Translations under genes and position numbers: made by a program
Origin: an uncultured Candidatus Binatia bacterium
GTDB lineage: Bacteria; Desulfobacterota; Binatia; UBA9968; CAXXLF01
Direction of reading: 5' to 3'
Assembly (NCBI GenBank): GCA_965218425.1
Contig: OZ244621.1
Location: 736,001-800,000, forward strand
Length of the DNA: 64,000 nt
In this document: positions 1-10,053 of the stretch, piece after piece
Numbering within the stretch: position 1 is the stretch's first letter
How the letters are laid out: each line of letters starts with the position of its first letter
Notes under the pieces: generated by a model
Databases searched by the model: none
Told to the model about the DNA's origin: nothing
What the model saw: the letters and a program-made list of their open reading frames with translations, nothing else

Positions 1-81
1 GGCGGTGATCAGATCCAAGACCTTGGGAAGGATGAGGGAGTCGACGATATGACCGGAAAGTTCGACGACACTGCTTACCAT
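1..81 (-). CDS. TIGR00300 family protein (ornithine cyclodeaminase-like / ArgZ-AgrE C-terminal-like), N-terminus only; runs off the window
   Basis: Manual translation from ATG at 81 gives MVSSVVELSGHIVDSLILPKVLDLITA, matching the family's typical N-terminal ELxGHIIDSLILPKVLD motif; divergent from the ALDH. Confidence 0.7.
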   Translation of the reverse strand, partial: MVSSVVELSGHIVDSLILPKVLDLITA

Positions 82-292
82 GGGCGTAACCTACGCATTA
101 CATTCTATGATAACTCTAAGTTCAAAGACAGCAAATTCAATATTCACGACAATACAATACTTCCTATCCGTAGATTGCTTTAAACATCGTTTCGCATCCT
201 AAGCTTTCATGCAATTTCTTTGCCTTCAGGCGCTCAAGGGCTTAAAATAATTTAACACCCTTATTGAAACCTTGAAAGTGAGGAGGGCGCCC

Positions 293-1783
293 ATGGCAAA
301 ACGTTTTAAAAATTTTATTGATGGACATTGGGTCGAGGCCAAATCGCGCAAGACCTTCGAGAACCGCAATCCGGCCAACCGCAACGAGCTAATCGGCCAA
401 TTCCCGCTCTCTAGTGCCGAGGACGTCCATAGAGCTGTAAGCGCGGCTAAAAAGGCATTCCAGAAATGGAGCCTGGTACCGGCGCCGAAGCGAGGAGAAA
501 TTCTTCAGCGTGTGGGGGAACTCATGCGCCAGCACAAAGAGAAATTTGCCCGAACCATGACCCGAGAGATGGGAAAGATCCTTAAGGAAAGCCGGGGGGA
601 CGTTCAGGAGGGGATCGACACCGCCTTCTATACAGCCGGTGAGGGACGAAGGTTGTTCGGCGAGACGACGCCCTCGGAGCTGCCGGATAAATTGGCCATG
701 TCCATCCGGGTACCTGTTGGAGTCTGTGGTCTCATCACCCCGTGGAATTTCCCCATGGCCATACCCACCTGGAAGCTTTTCCCCGCGCTTCTCTGCGGCA
801 ATACCGTTGTGCTTAAACCGGCGGAAGACACCCCCGCCACGGCCGTCAAACTCTGCGAGATTCTTGATGAGGCAGGGATCCCACCAGGTGTTGTGAACCT
901 GGTCCACGGCACGGGAGAAGAGGCAGGGGCCGCACTGGCGCGCCATCAGGACGTTCAGCTCATCTCGTTTACAGGATCCGCCGCGGTGGGGCGAGAGATC
1001 GCAGCCTCATGCGGCAGAGACCTCAAGAGAGTATCTCTGGAACTGGGAGGCAAGAACGCCCAAATCGTGATGGAGGATGCGGATCTGGACCTGGCGCTGG
1101 AGGGGGCCCTCTGGGGTGCCTTCGGGACCACGGGACAACGGTGCACCGCAACCAGCCGACTCATACTTCACCGTGACATTAAAGAAGAAATGACCAAGCG
1201 ACTCACCACGCTGGCCAAAAAGCTAAAGATAGGTGACGGCCTGGACGAAAAGATTGAAATGGGACCTCTCATTAATCAGGCGGCACGCGATAAAGTTCAC
1301 GGCTACGTAGAAATCGGCAAGAAGGAAGGGGCAAGGCTTCTAACCGGAGGAGAGCCCTACGATAAGGGAGAACTCGCCAATGGAAATTTTTATCTTCCCA
1401 CCGTATTTGATCAGGTGAAGCCTACCATGCGGATCGCCTAGGAAGAGATCTTCGGCCCCGTTATCTCAATCATCGAGGTCAAGAGTTTTGAAGAGTCCAT
1501 AGAGGTATTAAACGGCACCTCCTACGGCCTATCCAGTTCCATCTACACCCGAGACGTGGCGCGCGCTTTCCGTGCCATGAGAGACCTTCAAGCCGGGATC
1601 ACCTATGTTAACGGACCCACCATCGGGGCCGAAGTGCATTTGCCTTTTGGCGGCGTCAAGAATACCGGCAACGGCCATCGCGAGGCAGGTACCACAGTCT
1701 ACGATATTTTCACCGAGTGGAAATCCGTCTATATCGACTATTCCGGGAAGCTACAAAAGGCTCAAATAGACAACGTTGACTGA
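293..1783 (+). pseudogene. Aldehyde dehydrogenase (AASA/alpha-KGSA dehydrogenase-like), full-length 497-codon frame with one in-frame TAG at 1439-1441
   Basis: ORFs 272..1441 and 1556..1783 share a frame. The junction reads MRIA*EEIFGP. Motifs PWNFP, ELGGKN, GQRCTA, EIFGP and PFGG are intact. RBS aggagg precedes ATG 293. Confidence 0.9.
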
Positions 1784-1788
1784 TAGCC

Positions 1789-2874
1789 ATGGCAAACCAA
1801 AAAACAGCCCGAAAAGAAATCGCCTTGATTGGCGCGGGTAAGATCGGAAAGTTAACCACTCATCTACTCCAGAAAAAATACCAGGTCACCGTTTATGACA
1901 TTGACGAGGAGAAGGCCAAAGAGTCGGCCGGTCCCAAGGGCGCCCACGAACGGCTCGACATTAACGAGGTTAAGGACCTGCGGCGTGCCCTAAAGGGCAA
2001 GGAGATGACCATTTCCTGCTGCCCATACTTTTGCAACGAAAGGATAGCTCTCGGGGCGGCGGAGATAGAGGTGGCCTACTGCGATTTGTCAGAGGACGTT
2101 TCTTCCGGGAAGGCCATCGAGCGCATAGCCAAGGATGCCTCCACAAGCATCATCCCTCACTGTGGCCTTGCGCCAGGAGCCGCTCAGATCATCGCCCACG
2201 ACATGGTGGAGCGGTATCACCCTGTGACCAGCGTCTCCATTCGGGTGGGGGCCTTGCCGGAAAACCCCACCAATGCCCTGAAATACAATTTAACCTGGAG
2301 CACTGACGGGTTGATCAACGAATACGGCAATCCGTGCGAAGCCATCATCGACGGGAAACTCCGCAGCGTGCAACCCCTCGAAGGATATGAACGGGTAAGC
2401 ATAGAGGGCGTGGAATACGAGGCCTTCAATACCTCAGGGGGGTTAGGCACCTTGGCAAGAAGCCTGGAAGGCAAAGTGAAAGAGTTGAATTACAAAACCC
2501 TCCGTTACCTGGGACACCGGGACCTGATGAAATTTCTCATGGTGGATCTACAATTGAACGAGTACCGCGAGATCCTAAAGCATATCCTGGAGTCCGCCGT
2601 CCCCACCACCGAAAAGGACCGGGTCGTCATGCTTATTTCCGTGGTGGGCAAAACCAACGGTTCCCTACGCCAGGATACCTATACCAAGGTGATCCCTCAC
2701 GGGGAAGTGGACGGCATCCACTGGACAGCCATTCAGATTGCCACGGCTTCTTCGGTGGCCGCCGTTGTGGATCTATGCTTGCTGGGGAAAATACAAAAGA
2801 CCGGGTTCGTGCGTCAGGAAGAGATCGATTTCCAGTCATTTACAAAAAGCGAATATGGTTCCGTATACGGATAG
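1789..2874 (+). CDS. Saccharopine dehydrogenase family / L-lysine 6-dehydrogenase-like
   Basis: GAGKIG Rossmann motif, CGLAPG, TWSTDGLINEY, YEAFNTSGG, YKTLRYxGH motifs. Confidence 0.85.
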   Translation: MANQKTARKEIALIGAGKIGKLTTHLLQKKYQVTVYDIDEEKAKESAGPKGAHERLDINEVKDLRRALKGKEMTISCCPYFCNERIALGAAEIEVAYCDLSEDVSSGKAIERIAKDASTSIIPHCGLAPGAAQIIAHDMVERYHPVTSVSIRVGALPENPTNALKYNLTWSTDGLINEYGNPCEAIIDGKLRSVQPLEGYERVSIEGVEYEAFNTSGGLGTLARSLEGKVKELNYKTLRYLGHRDLMKFLMVDLQLNEYREILKHILESAVPTTEKDRVVMLISVVGKTNGSLRQDTYTKVIPHGEVDGIHWTAIQIATASSVAAVVDLCLLGKIQKTGFVRQEEIDFQSFTKSEYGSVYG

Positions 2875-2911
2875 ACGCTAGTCCTGAACTCGAGAGCCCC
2901 GCGGCCTTACG

Positions 2912-3883
2912 TCAACGAAAGAGCCTTCGGGCATTGTCCCCCAAGACCTTCTTTTTCACTTGCGGCGCAAGCCTCGATTTCTCGATAATTTTGACCGCGT
3001 CCCCGAGATACCCCACGGTAGGAAAATCGCTGCCTAAAAGTACCTGCCCTTCTCCCATGGTCTGCACCGCAAAGTGAACCTCCTCCGGAACCCAGAAGGG
3101 AGGCGCGGTGTCGATAAAGATTCTCTCGCGATAGCGATCGAAAAACCCCTTCGATCGGTTATCCCAAAAGGACGGGTTCAATCGGTTTTTCAGGGCAAAA
3201 AATGCTCCCCCCATGTGAGAAAAGACGAAACGGAGCTTGGGAAAGCGATCCAGGGTACCACTCAACATCAACCGTGTCATGTTAATTGTAGTATCCATCG
3301 CACGACCCAGATTCCTCGTGAGGTTGAACTGTTCCATACCGTGGGGATGGGCCATGGGAAGCTCCCCTGCGGGATGAACCAGGATGGGAATATCCAGCTC
3401 TGATACCGCCTTGTAAAAGGGGTACAGTCGCCGGTCATCCATAAGAATCCCCTTGATATGTGTATTCATGGCCACGGCTTTGAAGCCGAGGTTCACAACT
3501 GCGCGCTTCAATTCCCTCCGGCTATCGGCAGCAAGGGGAGGCACATGGGCAACCGACACGATACGACCCTTGTGCCGCTCAGTGGTTTCCGCCATTGCAT
3601 CGTTGATGGTTCGAGCCGCTTTGATATTGACCCAATCGAGCCAGACCCCCACGTGAAGGGCCGCCTGGTCCACTCCAGCTTTATCCATGGACTTGATCTG
3701 ATCCTCCATGCTCGCCGTCATGGGAGGAGGAGAGAAGAGCTGTACCCCTTTACGAATTATCCGAAAGCGTCCATTTTTCCATCGGACCTTCTCGCCCCAG
3801 CGGGTAAACGGCTCTGGCCTCAGGTAATGTTCCTGGGGAATCCAGTGGTGGTGGACGTCGATAACGATATTTTTCTTCGCCAC
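2912..3883 (-). CDS. Amidohydrolase family 2 protein (ACMSD/decarboxylase-like)
   Basis: DVHHH, VHP, SHMGG, GSDFP motifs; GTG start at 3883 after a ggagggg RBS. Confidence 0.85.
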   Translation of the reverse strand: MAKKNIVIDVHHHWIPQEHYLRPEPFTRWGEKVRWKNGRFRIIRKGVQLFSPPPMTASMEDQIKSMDKAGVDQAALHVGVWLDWVNIKAARTINDAMAETTERHKGRIVSVAHVPPLAADSRRELKRAVVNLGFKAVAMNTHIKGILMDDRRLYPFYKAVSELDIPILVHPAGELPMAHPHGMEQFNLTRNLGRAMDTTINMTRLMLSGTLDRFPKLRFVFSHMGGAFFALKNRLNPSFWDNRSKGFFDRYRERIFIDTAPPFWVPEEVHFAVQTMGEGQVLLGSDFPTVGYLGDAVKIIEKSRLAPQVKKKVLGDNARRLFR

Positions 3884-3917
3884 GGCCCCTCCGAATCCGG
3901 AATTCCCTAGGGGAGGA

Positions 3918-4130
3918 TTAATTCCTGGGGAAAACCACCGGGGTTTACCCCTTTTCACTGAGTATCACACCAATGGACTTGGTGGGTGTGGTCCCGGGGT
4001 TCTTGTTGTTAATCCAAACACCCACGTCTTCAACAAGGGCCTCCCCTTTTTTGTACTGCTTTTGTGTCCCGTCCTCCAACTCCACCAACAAAGTCCCTTC
4101 CAATACGTACATGACGGTAACGCCGCCTAT
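3918..4130 (-). pseudogene. Cupin domain fragment (C-terminal half) with an in-frame TAA
   Basis: YVLEGTLLVELEDGTQKQYKKGEALVEDVGVWINNKNPG resembles cupin motif 2; reads SEKG*TPVVFPRN*; no credible N-terminus. Confidence 0.6.
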
Positions 4131-4155
4131 ACGGATTGTAAAGATTTTTTTGCGG

Positions 4156-4518
4156 TTAGTCGTCTCGGTGAACGGTTTCCATGGAAAAGGCCGGGTAACA
4201 GACCGCGATGTACTCCGCCCCTTGCGGACCGGGGCTGCTGTACTGAACCCATTCCCCCCCATGAACGATCACAGCTGAGCCTGCCTTGACCTGAAGGGTT
4301 TCTTTCTCGGTTTTCACTTCCAGCATGCCCTGAAGCACCACCGTATATTCATCGAACTCCGGTCGCTGGCCAGGCTCGACCCATCCAGTGGGGCTCTTCA
4401 TGCGGGCGATGCTCAAGGCCTCGGTCCTTGAGTTGACTCTTCCTACGAATTCCTCGATCACCTTGGGCTTGTTGCCGGCTGCAGAAATGACAGAAGGCTT
4501 TTCAATGACGGTTGGCAT
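4156..4518 (-). CDS. Cupin domain protein (EutQ-like)
   Basis: GNKPKVIEEFVGRVNS...GWVEPGQRPEFDEYTVVL...PAFSMETVHRD is typical of this small cupin family; aggat/gagg RBS. Confidence 0.85.
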   Translation of the reverse strand: MPTVIEKPSVISAAGNKPKVIEEFVGRVNSRTEALSIARMKSPTGWVEPGQRPEFDEYTVVLQGMLEVKTEKETLQVKAGSAVIVHGGEWVQYSSPGPQGAEYIAVCYPAFSMETVHRDD

Positions 4519-4554
4519 CGGTTTAATCCTCTTTTTGTGAAAACCATGTCAATA

Positions 4555-6178
4555 CGGTCTATTGCCCAAACGTCGGTTCAATAGCGCAATAGATCCAATC
4601 GAGCTATAACGTGTTTGTTTGCTCAAGCTATGACGGCTTGCTGCAAGACCATTGGATGGGGGGCCGCAAAGCGAATGGCCGCCCTCGTTGCTGCAGCCAA
4701 TACGGCTCTGGGTTTTGGCCGTGTATGAACAATCATCAGCTGGATGTTGTGCACAACGGCAATCAAGTAATCCTGAATCTGAACCCGCCAACGACCACGC
4801 CACCGCGCTCGTTTCAGTCCGTATCGTTTCCCTTGAGCAAACGATCGTTCCATGAAATGCTGACGAACCTTGATATCTCTTCTTGCTGCTTGACTCCGTG
4901 CCCGGCTACGCACGCTATCCAATATCTCCTGGCGCTCATGGCGTTTGATGGTTCGCCCCGCACTTTGACAGTGAGTGCATTGGAGCCGCAAGGCACACTG
5001 CTGACACACCCCGCGGCTCGTCACGTACTCAAACGCTTTGCGCTCCACCCAGTGCTTACGCCGCCTAAGCGGTTGCCCTGCCGGACATGTATAAGTGTCG
5101 GTTTCTGGGTCATAAACAAACATACTTTCAGGAAATATCTTGCTCCGACGCTCCTGCTTATCCTGAGTCTGTTTCAATACCGCAATGTGAGCCATTACCC
5201 CACGGTCATAGCACTCCAGAAAATTAGCTGTAGTCCCGTACTTGCTGTCGGCTACCACCACCTGGGCACTGCGTTGGGTATGGGCCTGATGATCCTTAAG
5301 GAGATCTGTCATGCGATGTGCTTCATTCTCATCCCCAGGGCCAACCATCGTCGCGGTAATCACCCCATACGCACCGTCAATCCCTCGGTGGGTCTGATAA
5401 CGCAAATTAGAGTTCCCTTTCTTTCCCTTGCGTAGCACCGAGGCATCTGGATCGGTCGCCGACACGTAGCGCTGGTTGACAACGTTTTGCCGGGCAGGGT
5501 TCTGCGGTGGATCCTCATGCTTGTCCTCTCTTGCCTGTTCCCGCTCCTCCAATCGCCCCTCCAACTCCTTGTATGCTGGCCTCAGGTAACGTTTAAGCCC
5601 CTGGGTGTCTATGATCGAGTGGCTCGATGCATCCGCAGCAATCAAACTGGAGTCGCAAAATAGCTTACTCCCGTCTACTAACCCGCTCTCCACACACTGC
5701 CACACTACTGGTTCGAAAAAGGAGCGAAACCACTCTACCCCCCAACGCCTCCTCGCCTTGCTCAGAACGCTGTGGTCGGGTATCTCCGAATCCAACTCCA
5801 ATCCCAGAAACCACAACCAGTCCAGCCGCTCCGGTAATGTCGCCATCAACTCCCGCTCGCTACCAACGTTGTACAGCACCAAAAGCATCATCAGCTTTAA
5901 TATCATTGGCGGTGCAATCGATACGTTGCCGTTGTATCCATATCGATCCTTGACTTCTTGGTACACAAAATCAAAATCCACCATCCGTGCTACTTTGCGT
6001 AACACGTGGTCCGCTCGTATTCGTTTCTCCAGATTGATCCCTGTGTAGAACAGTGAAGGCTGAGGGGGGGGTTGATGACCCATCATAGCTTTGCTCCCTA
6101 AGTACCGAAATAACTGAGAGCATTATAACCAGAGGGCTCTCTTAACGCATTAAAAATATCGATTTGGGCAACAGACCG
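4555..6178 (-). mobile_element. IS1182-family insertion sequence
   Basis: 16-bp imperfect TIRs: cggtctattgcccaaa (4555-4570) and tttgggcaacagaccg (6163-6178), one mismatch, flanking a transposase; no clear TSD. Confidence 0.85.
4623..6086 (-). CDS. IS1182 family transposase
   Basis: DUF772 N-terminus (IRADHVLR, IPDHSVLS), DDE motifs (FCDSS, VADSKYG, ERSFAQGK) and CPAG...CxxC...C Zn-binding segment. Confidence 0.92.
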   Translation of the reverse strand: MMGHQPPPQPSLFYTGINLEKRIRADHVLRKVARMVDFDFVYQEVKDRYGYNGNVSIAPPMILKLMMLLVLYNVGSERELMATLPERLDWLWFLGLELDSEIPDHSVLSKARRRWGVEWFRSFFEPVVWQCVESGLVDGSKLFCDSSLIAADASSHSIIDTQGLKRYLRPAYKELEGRLEEREQAREDKHEDPPQNPARQNVVNQRYVSATDPDASVLRKGKKGNSNLRYQTHRGIDGAYGVITATMVGPGDENEAHRMTDLLKDHQAHTQRSAQVVVADSKYGTTANFLECYDRGVMAHIAVLKQTQDKQERRSKIFPESMFVYDPETDTYTCPAGQPLRRRKHWVERKAFEYVTSRGVCQQCALRLQCTHCQSAGRTIKRHERQEILDSVRSRARSQAARRDIKVRQHFMERSFAQGKRYGLKRARWRGRWRVQIQDYLIAVVHNIQLMIVHTRPKPRAVLAAATRAAIRFAAPHPMVLQQAVIA

Positions 6179-6216
6179 CTTAATCTTGAAATCTAACGCA
6201 CTAATCGTCCACCGGC

Positions 6217-6453
6217 TTAAGCTCGAAGGTGGGGTGCATTGCGCACCCACTGGGTTTCCCCCCTCGGGGCCACGAGATAATTCCGTCCATCAACCCTCAG
6301 CAAATTCACCGGCGTTGAAAATAACCGGCCGCTCTTCCGTCCGCGAACCATAAGCACATAATTATGAGACAAACCCAATCCGACTCCTACGAAGGCGCCG
6401 AACAGTCTATTGAATGCTCTTTCTAACGTACCGGGTTGTCGAAACGATGCCAT
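6217..6453 (-). pseudogene. Deazaflavin (F420)-dependent nitroreductase-family protein, C-terminally truncated
   Basis: VRGRKSGRLFSTPV...YLVAPRGETQWVRNA motif, then the frame ends at 78 aa just before the IS1182 end. Confidence 0.7.
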
Positions 6454-6495
6454 GGTTACTGCGACCGGAATACGCGCTCTTACGCAGCCGCTATA

Positions 6496-6705
6496 TCAAC
6501 CCCAGGAACGAAACCTTTCCCGTGCGGCCTTTTCCATCTCCTCCGGGGAAACATCACGAATATGGGTGGCCACCAACCAGTGATGACCGAAGGGGCCTTC
6601 AATCTTGCCGTAGCGGTCACCCCAGAAGGTGTCCTGAACCTCCATGGTCACCTTGGCACCGTTCTAAACGGCACGGGCAAGCACAGACTGTAACGTTTTA
6701 ATCAT
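6496..6705 (-). pseudogene. VOC/PhnB-like glyoxalase C-terminal fragment with in-frame TAG (6664-6666)
   Basis: Manual translation: ...ARAV*NGAKVTMEVQDTFWGDRYGKIEGPFGHHWLVATHIRDVSPEEM...; the N-terminal half is missing. Confidence 0.75.
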
Positions 6706-7439
6706 CAGATCCCCCATCCACCGCTCAGATGGATATTGGTGCCGTTCACGTAACGGGCTTCTTCGGATAAAAGATAGCGCACCGCAGAAACCGCGTCTCC
6801 AAGGGTACCTAGGTATCCTGCGGGGATTCTCTTGACCATGGCCTCCAGCTCCTCCTTGGGCGCGCTACCGGAATCCACGAAGCCCGGCGAAATGGCATTT
6901 GCAGTGATACCATGGGGAGCCAGCAGACGGGCCAGAGAACGGGTAACCACAAGCAAGCCAACCTTTGCAATATAGTGGGCCGTCAGTTGGGGTTGGGCGA
7001 TAAGCTGGTCCGCATTGGCCATGCCAAAGCAGACGATCCGCCCCCACTTGCGCTCCATCATCCCTTTCGCAACGGCACGACTCAAGTAAAATACGGGGTG
7101 CAGGTTGTTATCGAACATGGAATGCCACCCCTCAATGGTTTCCTCCAAAAGGTTAGCGCGGTGATAGGGACCGGCGCAATTTATGAGCGCGTCAATGCGC
7201 CCCCAACTGCCCTCAATCTGGTTGACTAAAGTCTCGACGGCTTTGGGTTCGGATACGTCACACTTGATTGCGAGGGCTTTTGAGTTCTTTTTTCGAATGG
7301 CGTCCGCCACCTCGGAAGCCTGTGTCTCACTGGTGCGGTAGCATATGGCCACAGACCAACCTTGATCGGCGAGATCCAGGGCAACTGCGCGCCCTATGCC
7401 GCGCGCCCCCCCCGTAACCAAAGCCACTCGTTCACTCAC
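6705..7439 (-). CDS. SDR family oxidoreductase (FabG-like)
   Basis: TGGARGIG, INCAG, YxxxK (YIAK), NAISPG motifs. Confidence 0.9.
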   Translation of the reverse strand: MSERVALVTGGARGIGRAVALDLADQGWSVAICYRTSETQASEVADAIRKKNSKALAIKCDVSEPKAVETLVNQIEGSWGRIDALINCAGPYHRANLLEETIEGWHSMFDNNLHPVFYLSRAVAKGMMERKWGRIVCFGMANADQLIAQPQLTAHYIAKVGLLVVTRSLARLLAPHGITANAISPGFVDSGSAPKEELEAMVKRIPAGYLGTLGDAVSAVRYLLSEEARYVNGTNIHLSGGWGI

Positions 7440-7499
7440 GGCTTAACCCCCATGGCTATCGGAAAAATCATGATTCGCACAAAGACGCAAAGTATTAAC

Positions 7500-7700
7500 A
7501 AAATTACAAATTCAAATCTCGAAATCCGAAATTCGAAACAATTTCAATAACCCAAATACAGAACAAAACTATTAATCGCTTGGCCTCGGGTACTCGGCTT
7601 GTCACCCTTGAGAGAAATACCAGAGCGCCGGTTAGATGTTTTGATCATAAATATTGAGAGGTTTCGGAACCGCATAGAGTTTCGTGCTTCGGATTTAGAA
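7500..7700. repeat. Heptamer-repeat palindromic intergenic element (MITE/REP-like)
   Basis: Tandem aaatctcg/aaatccg/aaattcg units at 7514-7539 with an imperfect inverted copy gtttcgtgcttcggattt at 7679-7696. Confidence 0.55.
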
Positions 7701-7821
7701 TGTTGGCTCGGCGGAGTTTCGACGGGATAAACTTTGGCGATGTTTTTCTTTTAAACATTTTAAAGCGAATAATCGAAACGGCGCAATATACGCCCGTTGG
7801 GGTCCCACTGACTCAAAGCGA

Positions 7822-10053
7822 TTAACCGGATATAATGGGCTTGAACTTTTCGTACAACTCCTTGAGCTTGGCCTTGTAGTGCGCCACATTCTCATCGGGT
7901 TGGGCGGGGTCCCATTGAGAGGCGAGCTTGGAGTTCTCATTGATTTTTACCTTTGCCCCTTTTCCGGTAACGTAGTATGAGATTTGGTCTCCGGGCTGGT
8001 AAGGACGCTGTGAGTTCAAGGCCAATTCGTAAGCCGCAGCAGGGTTACGCTTTTTCGCTTTGATCTTTGCTTGATACGTATCTATGGAATCCTGTAAGGA
8101 CTCCGTTTTCATGAGCAACGAGATATCCATCCGATGCTGCTCGAGATCTTCCATATACTTCTCATAGAGGCGTGGGATTTTGTCCTTCTCGCCCCGTAGA
8201 AGCAGGAGAAGCATCTCCTCCAACCACTGGCGTTGGAAGAGCTCCAATCCCCTGGAACGCAGCCCGGAACCCTTAACCAGCAGCCTGTCCTTCTCGTCCA
8301 GGAGGGCGTAGTTTTTCATCTTGTAGCTGAACATCGCCGGATACCGTCCATCCAGTTCTAAATCGATCCCCTTTGGGAGCGAATCGGCAAGTCCTTGAAT
8401 GAGTTGGTCCTCGTCCTGTTCCGTTTTGACCCCTTTGGGCGGAACAAAGTAAATCCCATCCGTATCAATTTCGATAATCGTTGCCCCTTTTTCCTTGAGA
8501 AGCGCCACTGCTGATTGGATCAACTCCCGTCCCTTTGCAGTTACCTGATTCGCAGCCTCAAAGTCATTGAAATGACCCATGGAAAAACCCAAATAGCCGT
8601 AAAACGAGTTGATCAAAATCTTGAAGGTGGATTGCAGACCCGAAAAGTAGATCCTGGCCTCCCTTGTCTCCGCCTCCCGAGCCATCTGCTTCGCGCTGAT
8701 CCTGAAATCACGCAGATCCCTGAGCAGGGTGGAAAATACTTTAAGCTCATCCTTTTTGGGGAAGAAATCATAAGCCAGCATAATCGAAGGGTACAATGAA
8801 GTTACGTCGCAGTGGAGCACATGGTTCGCCACTCCCTGAAATTCGATGTCAGTGTATCCGCCCACCACCGTCTGTCCACCCCGGGGCCTGGGTACGGACT
8901 GGTGGCGGTGCAAATATTCCCGGATGAATAGCGAATCGATCTTGGTGGCATTCCCCCTCAGGGCAACGTTTTGATAGCTGTAGGGAAAGACCTGAGCTTC
9001 CACGAAGTAACTGGGGGAAAGGAGCTCCGAGATGGCTCGCGTTTCACGTACATCGTCCATGGCATAACGAAACAGGGTGTCCGGATCATGGTCGAAGTAC
9101 CAGCTAACCTTGTCTCCTGGAATATACGTGCGCTCCGAGCTTGCCACCCCAAAGTGACGAGCGATCTCCTTCAATCCATATCCCGACAACTCCCGGGTAG
9201 CCACATCGAAATGCTGGGCAAGAATCCAGGTGTCAATGATATGACGACCAAAAATCTCATACTTTCGGTAGGTGATGGACCGCTCAGCAATCTGCATCCG
9301 TGATGGATGCCCTCTAAGGTTGCTTTTGTCTCTCCCAAGCTTCAACTTCACGCCGTATCGACGAGCCCTGGCCTCCAGGTATTCCAGATCGAAACGAAAG
9401 AAGTTGTGTCCCTCGATGACGTCAGGGTCCCTTTCCTGAACCACCTGGACCATTTCGGATAACACCTCCGCTTCGTCCAATTCCTTTCCCGATATCAGCT
9501 TCTCCCAGCCCGTTGAATCCGAAAGAGCAATGGCCGTGATCCGATCCGATTCTCGCTCCGGGTTAGGAAAGTCGAAGCCTGGCTCGCAGTAAGTTTCAAT
9601 ATCCAACTGCAAGCGCCTGAGCTCGCCAAAGGCCATACCCAGAAAATGGGTTTTGCCTGCAATAAGGAGGAATAAGTGAACCGGGTCGCCAATATAAAGG
9701 TAGGGAGCATCGGGGGCCGAAATTCCTTTGCCGCTTTTCTTTTGCAAAAAAGACTTGGCCGAATCCAACTCCTTCAAATTTTCAAATTGCGCCACATGGC
9801 TTAAAGGTGCACTCCCCCCGAGGCCCTCGAGGTTAACTTTCCCTTCCCACCCTTGAAGCCATTTTTCATCCTCGATGAGCAAAATGGGTTGGAACGATAC
9901 AGACTCGGAAGAGACCTGATCTCCCTGTCGAGAAAAGATCCTGATCTTATCCGCTCCCTCCACCTCAAAGGCAATGAGACCGGGAGTAGCATCGTGACCG
10001 AAGAGCACCCGATTGTCGTAGAAGGAAAGTTTCTGGGTCCAGTTTTGATCCAT
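7822..10053 (-). CDS. polB: Family B DNA polymerase (DNA polymerase II-like) with 3'-5' exonuclease
   Basis: ExoI DIET, ExoII GHNFFRFD, ExoIII YAMDD; polymerase motifs DVTSLYPS, KILINSFYG, IDTDG; likely ATG at 10053. Confidence 0.9.
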   Translation of the reverse strand: MDQNWTQKLSFYDNRVLFGHDATPGLIAFEVEGADKIRIFSRQGDQVSSESVSFQPILLIEDEKWLQGWEGKVNLEGLGGSAPLSHVAQFENLKELDSAKSFLQKKSGKGISAPDAPYLYIGDPVHLFLLIAGKTHFLGMAFGELRRLQLDIETYCEPGFDFPNPERESDRITAIALSDSTGWEKLISGKELDEAEVLSEMVQVVQERDPDVIEGHNFFRFDLEYLEARARRYGVKLKLGRDKSNLRGHPSRMQIAERSITYRKYEIFGRHIIDTWILAQHFDVATRELSGYGLKEIARHFGVASSERTYIPGDKVSWYFDHDPDTLFRYAMDDVRETRAISELLSPSYFVEAQVFPYSYQNVALRGNATKIDSLFIREYLHRHQSVPRPRGGQTVVGGYTDIEFQGVANHVLHCDVTSLYPSIMLAYDFFPKKDELKVFSTLLRDLRDFRISAKQMAREAETREARIYFSGLQSTFKILINSFYGYLGFSMGHFNDFEAANQVTAKGRELIQSAVALLKEKGATIIEIDTDGIYFVPPKGVKTEQDEDQLIQGLADSLPKGIDLELDGRYPAMFSYKMKNYALLDEKDRLLVKGSGLRSRGLELFQRQWLEEMLLLLLRGEKDKIPRLYEKYMEDLEQHRMDISLLMKTESLQDSIDTYQAKIKAKKRNPAAAYELALNSQRPYQPGDQISYYVTGKGAKVKINENSKLASQWDPAQPDENVAHYKAKLKELYEKFKPIISG

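Noticed and set aside
4611..5435. 274-aa plus-strand ORF and other long antisense ORFs (e.g. 55314..55991, 56432..57130, 57370..58098)
   Set aside because: Shadow ORFs opposite well-supported genes, with no motifs
7822..10053. PolB as a marker of a prophage, pipolin or casposon
   Set aside because: No integrase, Cas1, structural genes or att/TIR nearby; it looks like a chromosomal Pol II-like gene
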